Of a stretch of 64,000 nucleotides of DNA, positions 1 through 12,682 are shown one piece after another. The notes beneath the pieces were generated by a model. It was not told the origin of the DNA. It ran no database searches and was given only the letters and a program-made list of their open reading frames with translations. The stretch lies in the NCBI GenBank assembly GCA_022813965.1, contig JALDZS010000022.1:62001-126000 (forward strand), written 5' to 3'. Position 1 is the stretch's first letter; each line of letters starts with the position of its first letter. The stretch is from Toensbergia leucococca. Taxonomy: Eukaryota. The position numbers and the translations under genes are program-made.

Positions 1-1640
1 CCAGCAGATGGTTCTGGTTTGGATTCAGATCGACAGCATGGATGCGCCTTGGGCCGGCAGAAAGTAGGTAATCCAGAACATTGTCCCCAGCAGAAGTGAC
101 GCAAAGCACAACATCATTGGGGCCAATCTTCAACAAGCGCTGATCTACTCGAGGATCTTCCCAGGTAAATGCATAGATATACTCGTTGTTGAACTGGGTA
201 TGCTTCTTCAGCTGGTCATTGTAAAAGATGCGCCGTTGGTTGTTTTGATAAAAAACCGATGGAAGTGGTAGGTTCGAGCTGAGGTTGATGATAGCAGACT
301 GGTAAGTCTTGGATCTTATCTCGACGGGAATAGCTTTCTCAACAGCCCGAGACATGTCAGCACGATGTTGCCATGGCGAGAGATAAGGAGACTCGGTACA
401 TGCAGCATCAAGGCGTTCAATGAAGTCCTGTTCGTAATCGGGGTTGCTTGTTGTTGGAGATCTAAGCTCACGCTGCGTTCCAATGAAGATGTAATACGGT
501 ATGCCTCCAAGAAGATAGTTTCTCTCATCTGCGGTTTTAAGGGTACCGAATCTGTATTCAAGGTAATCTCTTCGAGCTCCCTCTAGACCAACACGGTCAA
601 CATCGAACCATGCTCTCCAAAAGACTCGGCCGAGCCAATTGACATGTCTATTAAAAGATCCTCCGGTGTAATTTCGTCCGCTTGTCTCGACAATACTTTG
701 CACGTAAAAATCAACCACGCCGACCAGGCCACGAGGAGACAGGAGAGAGGAAATAGAATCTACAACGCTGTAGTAATCTGGTATCATACTCAGGCTGTAC
801 GACAGGGTGATCAGATCCGCGCCTGAATTGAAATCTGCTCTACTTCTTGCCTGAGGTACATCATGCTTGTTGAACCGGAACGCTCGAGCATCTTGGCAGA
901 CAATGTCTACTTTCCATCCAAGGCGTGCGAACCTCCTCCGAGCTACTTCACACAGAGAAGGCGAGAGGTCGACAAGATAGACCTTCGAGAAAAAAGTTGG
1001 TACATCAACGTAGGCTTGCATTGCTGCAAGAATGATCAGCATATGCATCAGGCGGAACAACCAGGGAAATCATATTGTTGATATATACCTTCAATATTGT
1101 ATCCAGTACCGCCACCGATCTATGCTAGGTCGTTAATTCGTTGGACAATACTACATTTGACTCAGGAATATCTTTCAACGGACGTACGTCAACCCAGACT
1201 GGACCGGCATTGGACGAGAGCCCATTTCCTACTTTGTGTCTCAATTGTGCAGCAATCAGACCCAGCATATCTTCACGGCCCCGGAGGAGACTCTTTCTCG
1301 TAGCATCATACACATCAGCCTAAATAAAATCAGTGTCAGCTCGGGCGGTAAGAGGAACAGGTTCCAGACTCGCCTGTGCTTTATAGAAACTTTCGAGAGC
1401 TTCTTGCTGACCAATCCCGACACCGTCCCCGGAGTGCGGTTTGAGAAAGCTGGCATAGAAGAATCTGCCAAACTCGGTAAGAATATTTGAGTCATTGACC
1501 AATGCCTTAGGCTTCAGGTGTGCTACGGCTAGGATGCCACACACGAGAAGAGCAAGCAGGCATCCGACAATTAGTACCTGTGGGTGCAATATGCTGAAGA
1601 TAGAGCCTTTTGGCAAGATTGCTCTGAGAACGACGGACAT
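1..1640 (-). CDS. BTA1: Betaine lipid (DGTS) synthase, 5' part; runs off the window start; multi-exon
   Basis: Spliced translation gives ...QQEALESFYKAQ|ADVYDATRKSLLRGREDMLGLIAAQL (methyltransferase half). Near 100-210 it reads QFNNEYIYAFTWEDPRVDQRLLKIGPNDVVLCVTSAGDNVLDYL (DUF3419/BtaA half). It has an N-terminal hydrophobic segment. The first intron (1373-1320) has a GC donor. Confidence 0.9.
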
Positions 1641-2043
1641 GTTCTAAAGTATCAATGGCCAAGAAACCTGCGTGAGCCAGATTCAGGTAGATGAGGGACA
1701 GAGAGGAAGATGCACTGGCAGCACTGCTAAGTAGAACTCCTGCCCCACCAAGCACCTCCACAGATGCGATAGCCATCGCTGCCCTCATGCCTAGTCCAAT
1801 AAATCGGGCGGCCTATCAAGACGGCACATGGCGGAGGGCAGAGTAAAAGTATCGCATATCAGTTGCTCATTGTTAGCCTGAGGGTCTATGAGATAGGTGG
1901 AATTGCAGCGTTGGGAGATGGGGTGTGCATCTCAGTTCTGGGAGCAGACCCAATCCGCATTGCTTGAGGGCAAGATACAGAGGTGAAAGCTTAAAAGGAG
2001 TACGGCCTGTAACATCAATGTTTCGCGACATGTGCATGTATCT

Positions 2044-2075
2044 GGTACTGCGGTACTGCGGTACTGCTGTACTGC
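2044..2075 (+). repeat. Short tandem repeat (GGTACTGC)x3 plus TGTACTGC
   Basis: Read directly as ggtactgc ggtactgc ggtactgc tgtactgc, about 400 bp upstream of the BTA1 start. Confidence 0.85.
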
Positions 2076-3498
2076 TGTTGAGCGTGAGCATGTCAAGACG
2101 TCGCTTTGGCCAATCAACAGGCCACGCCTTGACATGCTACTCGGCTAAAGAGGGTTCGGTCTTTTGCAGCCTCGAGCCCGCATATGCACCATCAGTATCA
2201 TCGAAAGATGAGGGGAATATACCCCGATTCAACGGTCGTCTAGCGGTATCCATACGAATTGTAGCACAGCAAGCCCCAGCTCCCGTAATGGAGGTACCCA
2301 GTGCGTTTTCCTGGAAGCCAGCTGTCTTGGTCTATTTAGTGCCTCTGATAGGGGGAAATTACAAGCCTCAACTCGACTCCCTTCTGTGTGACCACTTTAC
2401 GGAACTGGTACTTGGTCCTTCGAATGACGTCCAATCGAGGCAATCCAAATGTCATAGAAATACAGGAACTTTGGACTATTTATAACACAAGGGAGCAGGC
2501 TTAAGATCATTTGATGATGCAACCTCTCAGGATGCTGGAAGGAGGAAAACAAACCCTCTATTCACTTCTTCAGACTTGAGATGTATTGGTGTACTGTCTT
2601 CCTTCTTTACGCATTTCTAATCCACCTCCTTTGTGAGCTCCATCTCCTGTGATGAACCGTCACGCATGGTCTCTTACGTTTTGTCGGCAGCAAGCATAGG
2701 ATGATTTCGATGCTCTGAGAAATTCATGTTTCTACCACATCTCTAAACCCCGATAGCATTGGGTGGACAGGAAACTTGCTGGAACACGATCCCAACTTTG
2801 AACAGAGTTCCCGCAACGGCCGACCTAGCCAAGATCCCGAACCTGGATGGCTTCAGTTGCAGTGTTGTGGTGCTAGCGACGATTGTCGAGGTACTGAAGG
2901 CAAGTATCTTGAAGTGCCGATAATTTTGGGTTTCATGGTTGATTGATAGACCCCTATTTTGTAGAGAATGATAATAAGCAAGCACTTGTTTCTCGTCTCC
3001 TGATTTGCACCGGCACTGGCCCGAAATCGAGGCGAGGCAATGAGAATACATGATCTTCTGTTTGCAGAAGCCACATGGAATACTGCATGGATGAGATTCA
3101 ACACGATGTTACTACAGACTATCTTGTCACAGAAGCTGTCATTCGAACCTGCATGGCAGTCAGAGACTCGGAATGGGAGCCGGAGACCTGCATGATACAG
3201 CAAAAAGGAATCTCAGCATCCCGGAATGCTTGAGAGATGCCCAGCGTACAGCTTTTTCACGAGACCGAATTTAATGTCCCTCCTGCACCATAGTAAATGA
3301 TAAGATGCTTCGATGTTATTCATCGACAATTTTGAAACAGCCAGCGTGAAAAGTGACTAGATTTAGGCACAAGCTTTATGCCATTGTCCGTGAAGGAACT
3401 CATCCAAGACGGCACGACCAATCAATCGGGGTATGCCCACTTCCGTTAGTACAACCGTCTATATCTCCCGCAAACTCCCTGTGTCACATATGTGCGAT

Positions 3499-5869
3499 TC
3501 AAAAAGCCCCCAGGTCCTTCAGAGCACCAGCCAGACGTTGATAGTCCGCCAAGAGATTCCCCACTTCTCCAATCCTCAATTCTCCCGAGTCAGATGCATT
3601 CATGAATTGTTGGATTGGTGGTGAAATCTTAACAACATTGAGATTGTTTGTCTCCGGCGTATTCTTCTCTTTTGCATCCTCCTGTTCGGGTATCTTCCCA
3701 ATCGAATTTATGGGAGCTGGTGGTGTATTCATTGGGCTTCTACCAAACCCACGCATGACGTTCATACCCGCTAGACGATTCAAAGGATTGAGAGTATTGC
3801 CGAGACTACGCATTGATTCAACCGCTGCATTCGGTGCATAGGCATGACTTGGCGGGATTGAGGTGCCCGCTGCTTGAGGTTGATTGGGAGATCCAGCTTT
3901 ATTTTTCGTAGCGCTGACTTCACCTGCAAAGGCCACCCGCTTTCCACTGCCTGTACTCTGAACACTGTCAACACTACTCTCTCGCATATGATTCCGCCCC
4001 CCAATCAGGCCTAAAAGCCTATCCTCACCCTTCAAACCGCTCTCGACTTGTTCATCCGTCTGGTCTACGACGGAGCTGGCACCGGAGAAGTTGCCCTCCT
4101 CATCAACAGCAGGTTTTGGATTGACAAGCTTGCGAGCATCATCTAAAGTCCTGGGAAGGATAACAGTTCCTTCAGTGTCGACACCTTCGCTTTTGATATT
4201 GTGCTCTTTCAATCGACCAAAGAGTAATTTGAAGCTGTTATCGAGAGTGTTGCTGATGTTCTTGAAGCCTTGGTCAGCAGTCGTTCGTACGGCATCGCTG
4301 GCCGCCCCAATCGCATTGGCCGGAGGCTGTAACAAATGACTTAGACGACGTTGATGAGATGGAGATGCTGGTGGAGAATTTTTTGTGACCGAGGGTGACT
4401 GTAAGGGGTGCACGGCTAGCACACTGTCCGCATGTGTAGAGACTGCGGTAGCTAGAGTGGTAGCGGGTGAAGACAAGTCTGCAGAAGTCAGTGTGCCAGG
4501 CGTCCAAGGACTAGAAGTTTCAGTATGAGGTGTTGCTGGTCTACTAGACGACTTTGGCGGTCCTTCAAGTGCTTCGTCAGACCTAAGGCTTGCAAGATCT
4601 ACGGTTTCGAGGAAAGTGATTGCTGCCTCAAGATTCGTCAAGCAATAAGCAGCTTCGCCATCAACTTTCCCGGCCGCCCGGAATCTTTGTGTGAATTGAA
4701 GATTACTAATGATGTTGATGCCTTCTGGGGGCGTTGTGATGAGAGTGTAGATCAGAGTCGGTAGTATCTCATCAGCAGACGATGAAGACTGACGAAGCTT
4801 TGTAAGCAGGTCCACGATACTTTTATGTGTGGCCGCAAGGTGCTGCAGCTTTCCCAAGGGATACTTTGCCTCGTTCATCTTTAGCAGGCCTTCTCTCGCC
4901 TTCGATATCCCATCTTCAACCTGCGATTCCATATTTACTCCTACCGTCTCCGAATCTGGCCCAGGTGTGTTGAATTCGATCCCCAAGTCCTGCAGATCGA
5001 TACCCACGAGCGCTAGAGCGGCTGTTCGTGACCGGAGCTTTTCGTCTCTGACCTCATCCAGAGTACTCTTGTGGCGCCAGATACGACTGTAAACGCTTTC
5101 ACAAACTCTTCTCTCCACAGCTTCTTCTAGCGCTGTTCGTTTGTACTCTAGCATGCGCCGAGCCCTCCTGCGATCTGATATCTCCTGCGTCGTGAGCATC
5201 TGCTGCTCGGGTGCTGCCCTCTCAGTGCCATTCAAAGTATCTTTTGAGGTTTTCGATGCAAGCTTGCTGCTAATTTTGAGGGTACTAGAACTTCGTGAAG
5301 CGTTTGAAGGAGTTGGAGATTCTTCACGAGACCTTCGCGTTGATAAGGCGTTGATGTGTGTGGAAATATGAGACTGCGCTTTTAGGTAAAAGTCTTGATA
5401 GATTTCTGACAACTTGTCGATCGATGGCGGAGTAGAGTACACTCTGGCATTCAGCGACTCAATAAATCTAATGGATTGACTTGTCAGTCTATGTATGCAG
5501 CCACAATGTCAAGCTATAACATTACCGATCCGTCAAGCTGATAAGTTCAATTGGAAGCTCATCAAAAGCCTCTACCATATCATTTAGTGGATTGCTTGTG
5601 TTGAGATCTACTCTATGCCCCTCTGAATCAACATCCAACTTCTTTCTATCGAAAACATCCACTTGCTGCGTTGCGCCATCTTCATTTGAATGCTGCGTAT
5701 CCATCTCAACGATCGTGTGCTTTGCAACGGAGCCAGTTTGGAGAGTGGTGGCTCTATCACGAGCAGCATGATGTGACTGAGAAGGTTCGAGGCGGGAGAA
5801 TGATTTTGACCCCTGCAAAGTCTGGGGCCGCCGGGTGGCAGGTTCTCTTTGAGCTTGAGGAACGGTCAT
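3499..5869 (-). CDS. VPS9-domain Rab5 guanine-nucleotide exchange factor (Muk1/Vps9-like); 2 exons
   Basis: Exon 1 starts MTVPQAQ and ends ELISLTDR. A GT-AG intron spans 5525-5468, and exon 2 begins FIESLNARVYSTPP. VPS9 motifs present: SADEILPTLIYTLI, NLQFTQRFR, GEAAYCLTNLEAAITFLE. Confidence 0.9.
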
Positions 5870-6313
5870 CGAGACGGAAGCACCTAGGTAGAAAAGTAGC
5901 TTTAGCCAAAGGATCGCCTTGTGGTGGAGGCATTCTGAGATAGGCAGGTGACTTACGTGGAGGCAACAACCAAAGAACATGTCAGTAACGAGCGTGATGA
6001 GTCCCAATCAGAACAAGGTGAATGTCATAGCAGAAGACATCAGGATCCGGTCCATGATGTTGCCTTGCTAGAAGAAGCCACGATGAAATATGAGCTGTTG
6101 GACTGTCCGCGTGCTACACTTCGAAGTCATAGTGACACAGCAAACGGATTATCCGTACCAAGCATGTGACGTGGGCACGGACAATTTGATTCGCCGCTCC
6201 GGCCTCGTGTGCTCCATGTATCGTCACCTGAGTTGCCTCGCTGCCTCCACTTTGTCAACAATTTCTATATTGATGCCTGCCTTGCTCCTTCTCGGCGGGG
6301 ATAAAAGCCAAAG

Positions 6314-8293
6314 ATGAATATCAAGTCTCCGGGTATATGTCGCTCTGCTGGTAAAATTACCGCGCGGCTCCTCCTCACTTTCCTGACGGCGTCAACTATT
6401 CTACCAGCAGCGGCGTCTTGGGCAGATGGATGGATCGAAAACGCATACCAAATCCCTATACATTCGCTTCAGCCGCCGGCAAGCCCTGATGTCAGCAAAC
6501 CTTTAGCTGTCCCAGGCCCAGAGTATGACTTCACTTTGAGGCACATCTTCCATCATGGGACACACGCATACCCTAAATTACACAAACGTTTCGACATTCA
6601 TCCCCAGTATGTTGAATCAAAAATATCAAATTGGGAGGGCAAAGCAGTTGTGGGGGAGTCATTGCATGCCCGGGCCAATGAAATAGCTATACAGAGACTT
6701 TCGGATCGTACCTTAGCCACCGTCGAGTCTTTGATAGCCGCCGCTCGAATCTCTGGAATAGCCTCCACCATTTCTTCCTCGGCTTGGACGACCGATGAAG
6801 TAATGGGACCGAATGTCACAGATAAAGAGACGGTCGTAAGTTTGGCTCTGATGGCGGCCAATGCATACGTTAAAGAACCTGGGACGGGCGAATGGGAGGA
6901 TGTCAACGGCGGCTTCAACCACTCAGACAGCTTTGGATGGGAGGGCGATGGCTTGCGTGGTCACATCTTTGCTGACAAAACCAATTCTACAATAGTCATA
7001 GCGATTAAAGGAACGTCGCCGGCAGTCTTCGACGGAGCTGAGACAACCACGAATGACAAAGTCAACGATAATTTGTTCTTCAGTTGTTGTTGCGGCCAGG
7101 GCGGCCAATATCTGTGGCATCAGGTCTGCGATTGCCTGCACACAACATATACCTGTAACCAAACATGTGTGGTGAAAGCTTTGAGAGAGGAGAATCGATA
7201 CTATCGGGCGGCTTTAGAGCTTTATGGCAACGCGACTGAGCTCTATCCAGCCTCGGAGGTCTGGCTAGCAGGCCACTCGTTGGGAGGGGCGGTCAGCAGC
7301 CTGCTAGGTTTGACCTTTGGAGTACCTGTTGTCACTTTCGAGGCTCCTGGTGAAGCTCTCGCTGCGGCAAGACTAGGTCTTCCCTCTCCGCCCAATTCCC
7401 ATCCAAGCGCTCCACAGAGTAGAAAAAATACTGGTGCATACCACTTTGGTCATACCGCTGATCCAATCTTCATGGGATCTTGCAATGGCGCTACTGCTGG
7501 CTGCACTTTAGGTGGCTATGCAATGGAGTCACAGTGCCATACAGGCCAGGTGTGTATTTACGATGTTGTTGAAGATAAAGGTTGGCGGGTTGGCATTGGG
7601 ACACATAGCATTCGAAAGGTCATCAAGGATGTTGTCAAAGCATATGACGATGTACCATCCTGTGAGCCAGATACAGAATGTATCGATTGTTTTAATTGGA
7701 AGTACTTTGACAGCAACGGATCGGATCCGTCGACCTCAACGACAAGCAGCTCAGCCAAGACAAGTCAAACACGGACGTCGACGTGTCAGACGCCTGGATG
7801 GTGGTGAGTTCATATTCATCTCATGGGAGCTATATTTGATAACATATATAGGGGGTGTTTGGACGAGAGCACCAGCACAGACATCACCACCTCTCCTCCA
7901 GCGACGTCCACATCTTCGTCGATGACAACTACATCTTCATCGTCCGTTACTTGTACGACATACGGTAAAACTCAAACTTCTCGGCATCATTGCTTATGGG
8001 ACTAATGTACATTTCCAGGTTGGTTTGGTGGCTGCCTCGACGATCCAACTTCTACAACGACGACTTCTCCATCGACTTCAAAGAAGACCGCATTGCCGGT
8101 TCGCACGATTACTACCACAAGCTTTGTTTCAGCATCGAGGTCCAACGGTCTTTTGCCAACCACACGGTCAACGACGACTAGTACATGCACGGCGCCTGGC
8201 ATATTTTGGGGCTGTTGGGACTCTAGGGAAGCAACTTCGATACCTAACAAACAAATTGTTACCACGCCAGCGGCAGCATTGCCAACATATTAA
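6314..8293 (+). CDS. ATG15: Autophagy-related vacuolar lipase; 3 exons
   Basis: Has the lipase motif [14 protein letters not shown], the Cys-rich DNLFFSCCC segment, an N-terminal hydrophobic segment and a Ser/Thr-rich tail. Introns at 7804-7851 and 7965-8018. Confidence 0.93.
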
Positions 8294-10171
8294 ACGTGAG
8301 GATGATTAAAGAGGATGACTCATGAGCAATGTGGCCTAGTATCATGGGTATACCTATGTATGAGAGCAGTAGGATGGATGGTCCGCATTGACGGATGTGC
8401 AAGAATGCAGCTTTGACATGCTGAGCCTTGCACCTACATCCCAAGGCGCTTTACTAGCACGTTGGAGCTTTGAAAATTCAAATTGCAGGTCTCGGCGTCT
8501 CGACTTAGCGACGGATGTTTGTACCGGTTACGCTTTGAAATATGCGGCCGGGTCCCGTAGGAGTTGGCATTGTGGTTTGGGTTGAGGCATTTGGACTTTA
8601 GCGACAAGTGGAGTATTTGTAGCATCTACGGAAGGAGCTGGTAAGGATTGACCAGATGCATTTGAACGGGCTACGTATTTCCTCTTCCATACTCGGTATA
8701 TATCCTGTATTCGATGACAAAGCGAACCTCTCACATAAGCTTCAAAGATTATTATTTTTATTTTCTTCCGGATTCGGCTTTGCCGCTGGTCGATAGCAGG
8801 CTATTTGGTCATTCCTATTTTCATTCCTCTTGTGCAGTTGGCCAACCATTATACACTGCTGTTGTGCCTTAACGGTTCTTATCCTCGCCGCTTACTACTA
8901 ACTATTCCCCCTGCGGTGCACTTCCTCCAGAATGTGCCTTTTTGCTGCCTGTCAATATTCCGTCTTCATTAAAGCTTTGGCCTTTGGTTTCTTGCATTTA
9001 TCTCTCACTAGTGATTGATCAGAGTTCGTCTGCACATCTTCGAACACTTAGATCACATACCTGACCTGTCATACTGGTTGAAGAGAGGCAAGCTAGATAC
9101 TATACTAGGCCGGTACAGATTGGAAATTATTAACAGAAGAGTTGGACATGTTCTGTTGCTTGTGTAGACTATATGGGGTGACTTGATTGAGACATTGCTG
9201 AACCGTTTGGAAACAACGATTGTGTCCGAGGGTTCGAGTCTCTTTCTTCTATGAATAAGACTAACAGCTACACTAAAGGAGTCTTGATTGTGAGGACCAG
9301 TGAATGCGCCAAGGACATGGAATTATCACCCCTCGAGGATCAAACTTATGAAGAGCTTCTCGCTGCTGCAAGTCACGCCTCATACGAGAGATGCCTACTG
9401 ACTTTGAAATCCCAACTTCACTGCTTTCTCGACGAGGTGCTCACATATTCACTCCATTCTGGTGAAAGCATCAACGGTTTTTGTACCTAAGAAGCCCTGG
9501 CCGCTGCAGATATAATTCTTCTCCCTCACGCCATCCCAATATTCCAGGTCCTCATAGTAATAAATACATCCAGAAGACGAACATCAATATTCAAAATGCC
9601 AAAAGCAAGTCCTTCTACTACCTCTCTACTCAGACCACACATCAATCAAATTCCATGAAAAGCGCTCGAACCTCCCTCCTTACCTACCTGCATCTTTCCG
9701 AAAACCCACCAGATCCACCGACCATGCCCAACAGCCCCAACAACAAAAATCTCAACCTCAAAAACTCTCAGAAACGGCCATATCCCCAAGGCGCTTACCC
9801 GGCTTAGAGCCCCCCCCAACTGGACAATCTATCACGATAAATGGAGCAAGCACCAGTACAGCACGCTCCATAACGAAAACTTCCTCGACCTAAAGATCCG
9901 AATCGATCATGAAAGTTACGGGCTGGCCTGGCACTCCAGTCGACCCAGCAGAACATGACTAGGAGCGACTTCAAACCAGGTTGTTATTATGAATTAGAAA
10001 GACCCCAAGGTGATGGGAAAAGCCGAAGATTATAGAGGAGGACTGAGCGGATCGGAGAAAAATGAGCCCCTGAGTTTGGGAGGTTTGGGAGAAAGGGGCT
10101 ATCATGCGCTTCATCGACTTCCAGAAGCTTTTGATCATTTTGGACACATTGGCAAGGGGGCTCTTTTTCAC

Positions 10172-10192
10172 TTTTTTTTTTTTTTTTTTTTG
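10172..10192 (+). repeat. Poly-T tract of about 21 nt in a T/G-rich low-complexity intergenic stretch
   Basis: Read directly from the sequence. Confidence 0.85.
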
Positions 10193-10899
10193 GCGGGATT
10201 TTCAATTTGTGTGCGTTGTTTCGCTCTTCGAGCCAGGTTTGGTGCCAGATTCTTGCCAAGTGAGAGTTTGGTCTTTCTTTGAGTTTGAAACCAGGGTTTT
10301 TCCCTTCTGTTTTTCACAACGCGTTTGCAAATTTCCAAGAGAGTCTTGCAAAGTGCCAAAGGCTGGGAGTTGTTTTTGAATCATTTTTCCCCGCTCTGTA
10401 TGAATTTCTCTATCTGGTTTTTTTTCTAGGGCATGCGTGCAAAATTCTGAGAGTGAGTCTTGAAAAACTTGCAAAGACTGAGGTTTTTTTCTTTTTTTTA
10501 AATTTCCAACTCCCAGCACATAATATTCCTTCCTTTCATGAATCATCTATTTTTCTCCTGCAAATTTGTGAAGAGGAAACGTTTTGCTGGGCATATGTAC
10601 AAATCTAGCTTTCCGATGCTACAAAGCTCTACCCCCCCTTTCAACGCTAGCAGCGGAACCTGTACACGAAATCTATAAATCCCTTTCCCCGCTTCCTCAC
10701 CTTTTTCCAAAAATCTAGATTCGCCCTGTATCCTGTCTATCTAGAGAATAAGACATCTGACCAATTCTGAACCAACAGCCAAAGACAAGTCCTCCCGTCA
10801 CTCAACAAAGGTATTACCATAAATCGAGGGGATGTCTTACATCAAGTGAATACCCCAAGCCAGAGCAACAGCCAACCAACATCTCAAGCCTCATCCCTC

Positions 10900-12532
10900 C
10901 TACCCCGCCACTCCTCCTCCAAACCCGACCGGCTTCCTTCTCCCTCCCCCATCCGGCACAATAGCCAAAAGCTTGTACAACCTCCCCATTCCCCCACCAC
11001 CCCTCTCAACCAATCTCTCCACCCCTCCCATAATCCTCCTCCTCCCCTCCTCCCCCCCATCGATCCCCCGACAAATCATCTCCCCCCTCTCTCTCACTCC
11101 CATCTCGCTCAGCCAACTCCCCTGCTCCACAGGCCCATGCACCTCCACCCCAGGACTCGCCGCCAACGCCGCTTCAGCCAGAGCGGTAAAATCCACATCG
11201 GCGCTGATGTCGACGAGACCTGGGGAGCTAAAGGGGGAGACGAGCGCGTGGGAGCGGATGCCGCGGAGGGTGGAGGTTGGGATTGTGGACGCGGGTCCAT
11301 AGTCTAGGATCAGCGCTGCGCCGGAAGGAGAGGCTTTGGGCGTTTGAGGAGTGCCACCGATGCGGGCAGCGAAGGAGGCGACGTAGGAGTGGGATTCTGG
11401 GGATATCTCTATGATAGAGTCGGGGTGTGATTTTAGGGCTTTGTAGCGGGGAGACGTTTCGGGAAGGAGAAGAGAGGAGGGTGTGGGGGAGTTGGAGAGG
11501 GAGAGTTGGAAGTCTGGAGGTGGGGTTTTGGGCGGTGGGAAGGTCGTGGTGTTGGCGAGGGGGGTGGGAGTGATTACTAATTCGCGCCATTGGGGGGTTT
11601 GGGGGTTTTGCACGGCGGAGGAGAGTGTTATGGGGCCGGTCGGGGTGGTGAGGGTGGGAGATTGGTGGAGGGCAGGAGTGATGGATTGGAAGGCGTGGAT
11701 TGGGAGGGCATCGAAGAATTCGTGGGCTACTATAAAGGGGGTTTGGGAGGGGTCTGGGAGGATGGTTTAGCAGGTTTAGAGGTCTTGGGAGGGTGGATTT
11801 ACTGTTGGGGACGAAGCGGATGTCTTCGCACCAGATTATGGGTAGCCCTGAGTATCTGCTCTTGCTTCGGAAGCCGATATCTATTTCTTCGACGGGTACA
11901 TCAGCGCCGCAGAGTAGTTCCTTTTGGGTTTCGCGGAGGGACGGGCTGGCTTCTACTAGGTAGATGGACTCAATGCTGGAGGCTAGGGGTTTGAAAGTTT
12001 GGATCGTCTGTGTTCCGTGTCAGGATTTTGTTCTAGCGGGAGAAGCTTCAGCTTCGTATCATACCCGTAGCATGTCATCCATGAGGGTTCCCCTTCCAGG
12101 CCCAACCTCTATGATGTCCACCCCGCTGCTGATTTTGCCCTGGGCCATCCATTCTGCCACTAGCCATATTCCTAGCAGCTCGCCGAAGATCTGGGAGATT
12201 TCGGGCGAGGTGGTGAAGTCTCCTTTCTGGCCGAATTGATCGGGCCCCGAGGTGCGGGAGGTGTAGTAGCCGTTGTCGGGGGAGGTGAGGCATTGGCGCA
12301 TGTAGGCTGCGATGGAGATGGGGCCGGTGGACTGACAGGCATTTAGTATGATTTGGACGATAAGTGAGTAGTAGCTTACTGCTATTGCTTCAGCTATGTT
12401 TTTGGCTAGAGGGGTTGACCAGTGCCGTGCTGGTGATGAGGCCCATCTGATGCTGTGGGCGCCCCATTTTGAGTTTCCACACGCAAGTGGCCGCGAGTAG
12501 TGGACCAGTCTTGTACCTGCCTTCAGATACAT
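10900..12532 (-). CDS. NDUFAF7: Mitochondrial arginine methyltransferase / complex I assembly factor NDUFAF7 (MidA, DUF185); about 4 exons
   Basis: Motifs [72 protein letters not shown] and MGRLYK. The basic N-terminus resembles a mitochondrial presequence. Confidence 0.92.
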
Positions 12533-12682
12533 ATCTGCTGCAGCTCGAATATCATGTCTGCATGTTAAAGGTCGCAGGATTAATTATCCTTGGCAAGATG
12601 ACGAAAGCTTCGAGATCTTAGTCTCAGGACAGTGGCATCATTCAGCAAGCGCCGCACTATTGTCAACACTCGACGTTCGAAG

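Noticed and set aside
1925..2485. 186-aa intergenic ORF
   Set aside because: It has a non-ATG start, runs through a tandem repeat and shows no protein-family features.
1641..3400. Pho4/Nuc-1 CACGTG sites expected upstream of BTA1
   Set aside because: I found none by eye.
9134..9251. tRNA-like T-arm GAGGG-TTCGAGT-CTCTT near 9228
   Set aside because: I could not build a convincing acceptor stem, D-arm or A-box upstream. tRNAscan-SE would settle it.
10594..10601. Puf3-type TGTACATA downstream of NDUFAF7
   Set aside because: It lies about 300 nt past the stop, and the same 8-mer follows uricase, so chance cannot be excluded.
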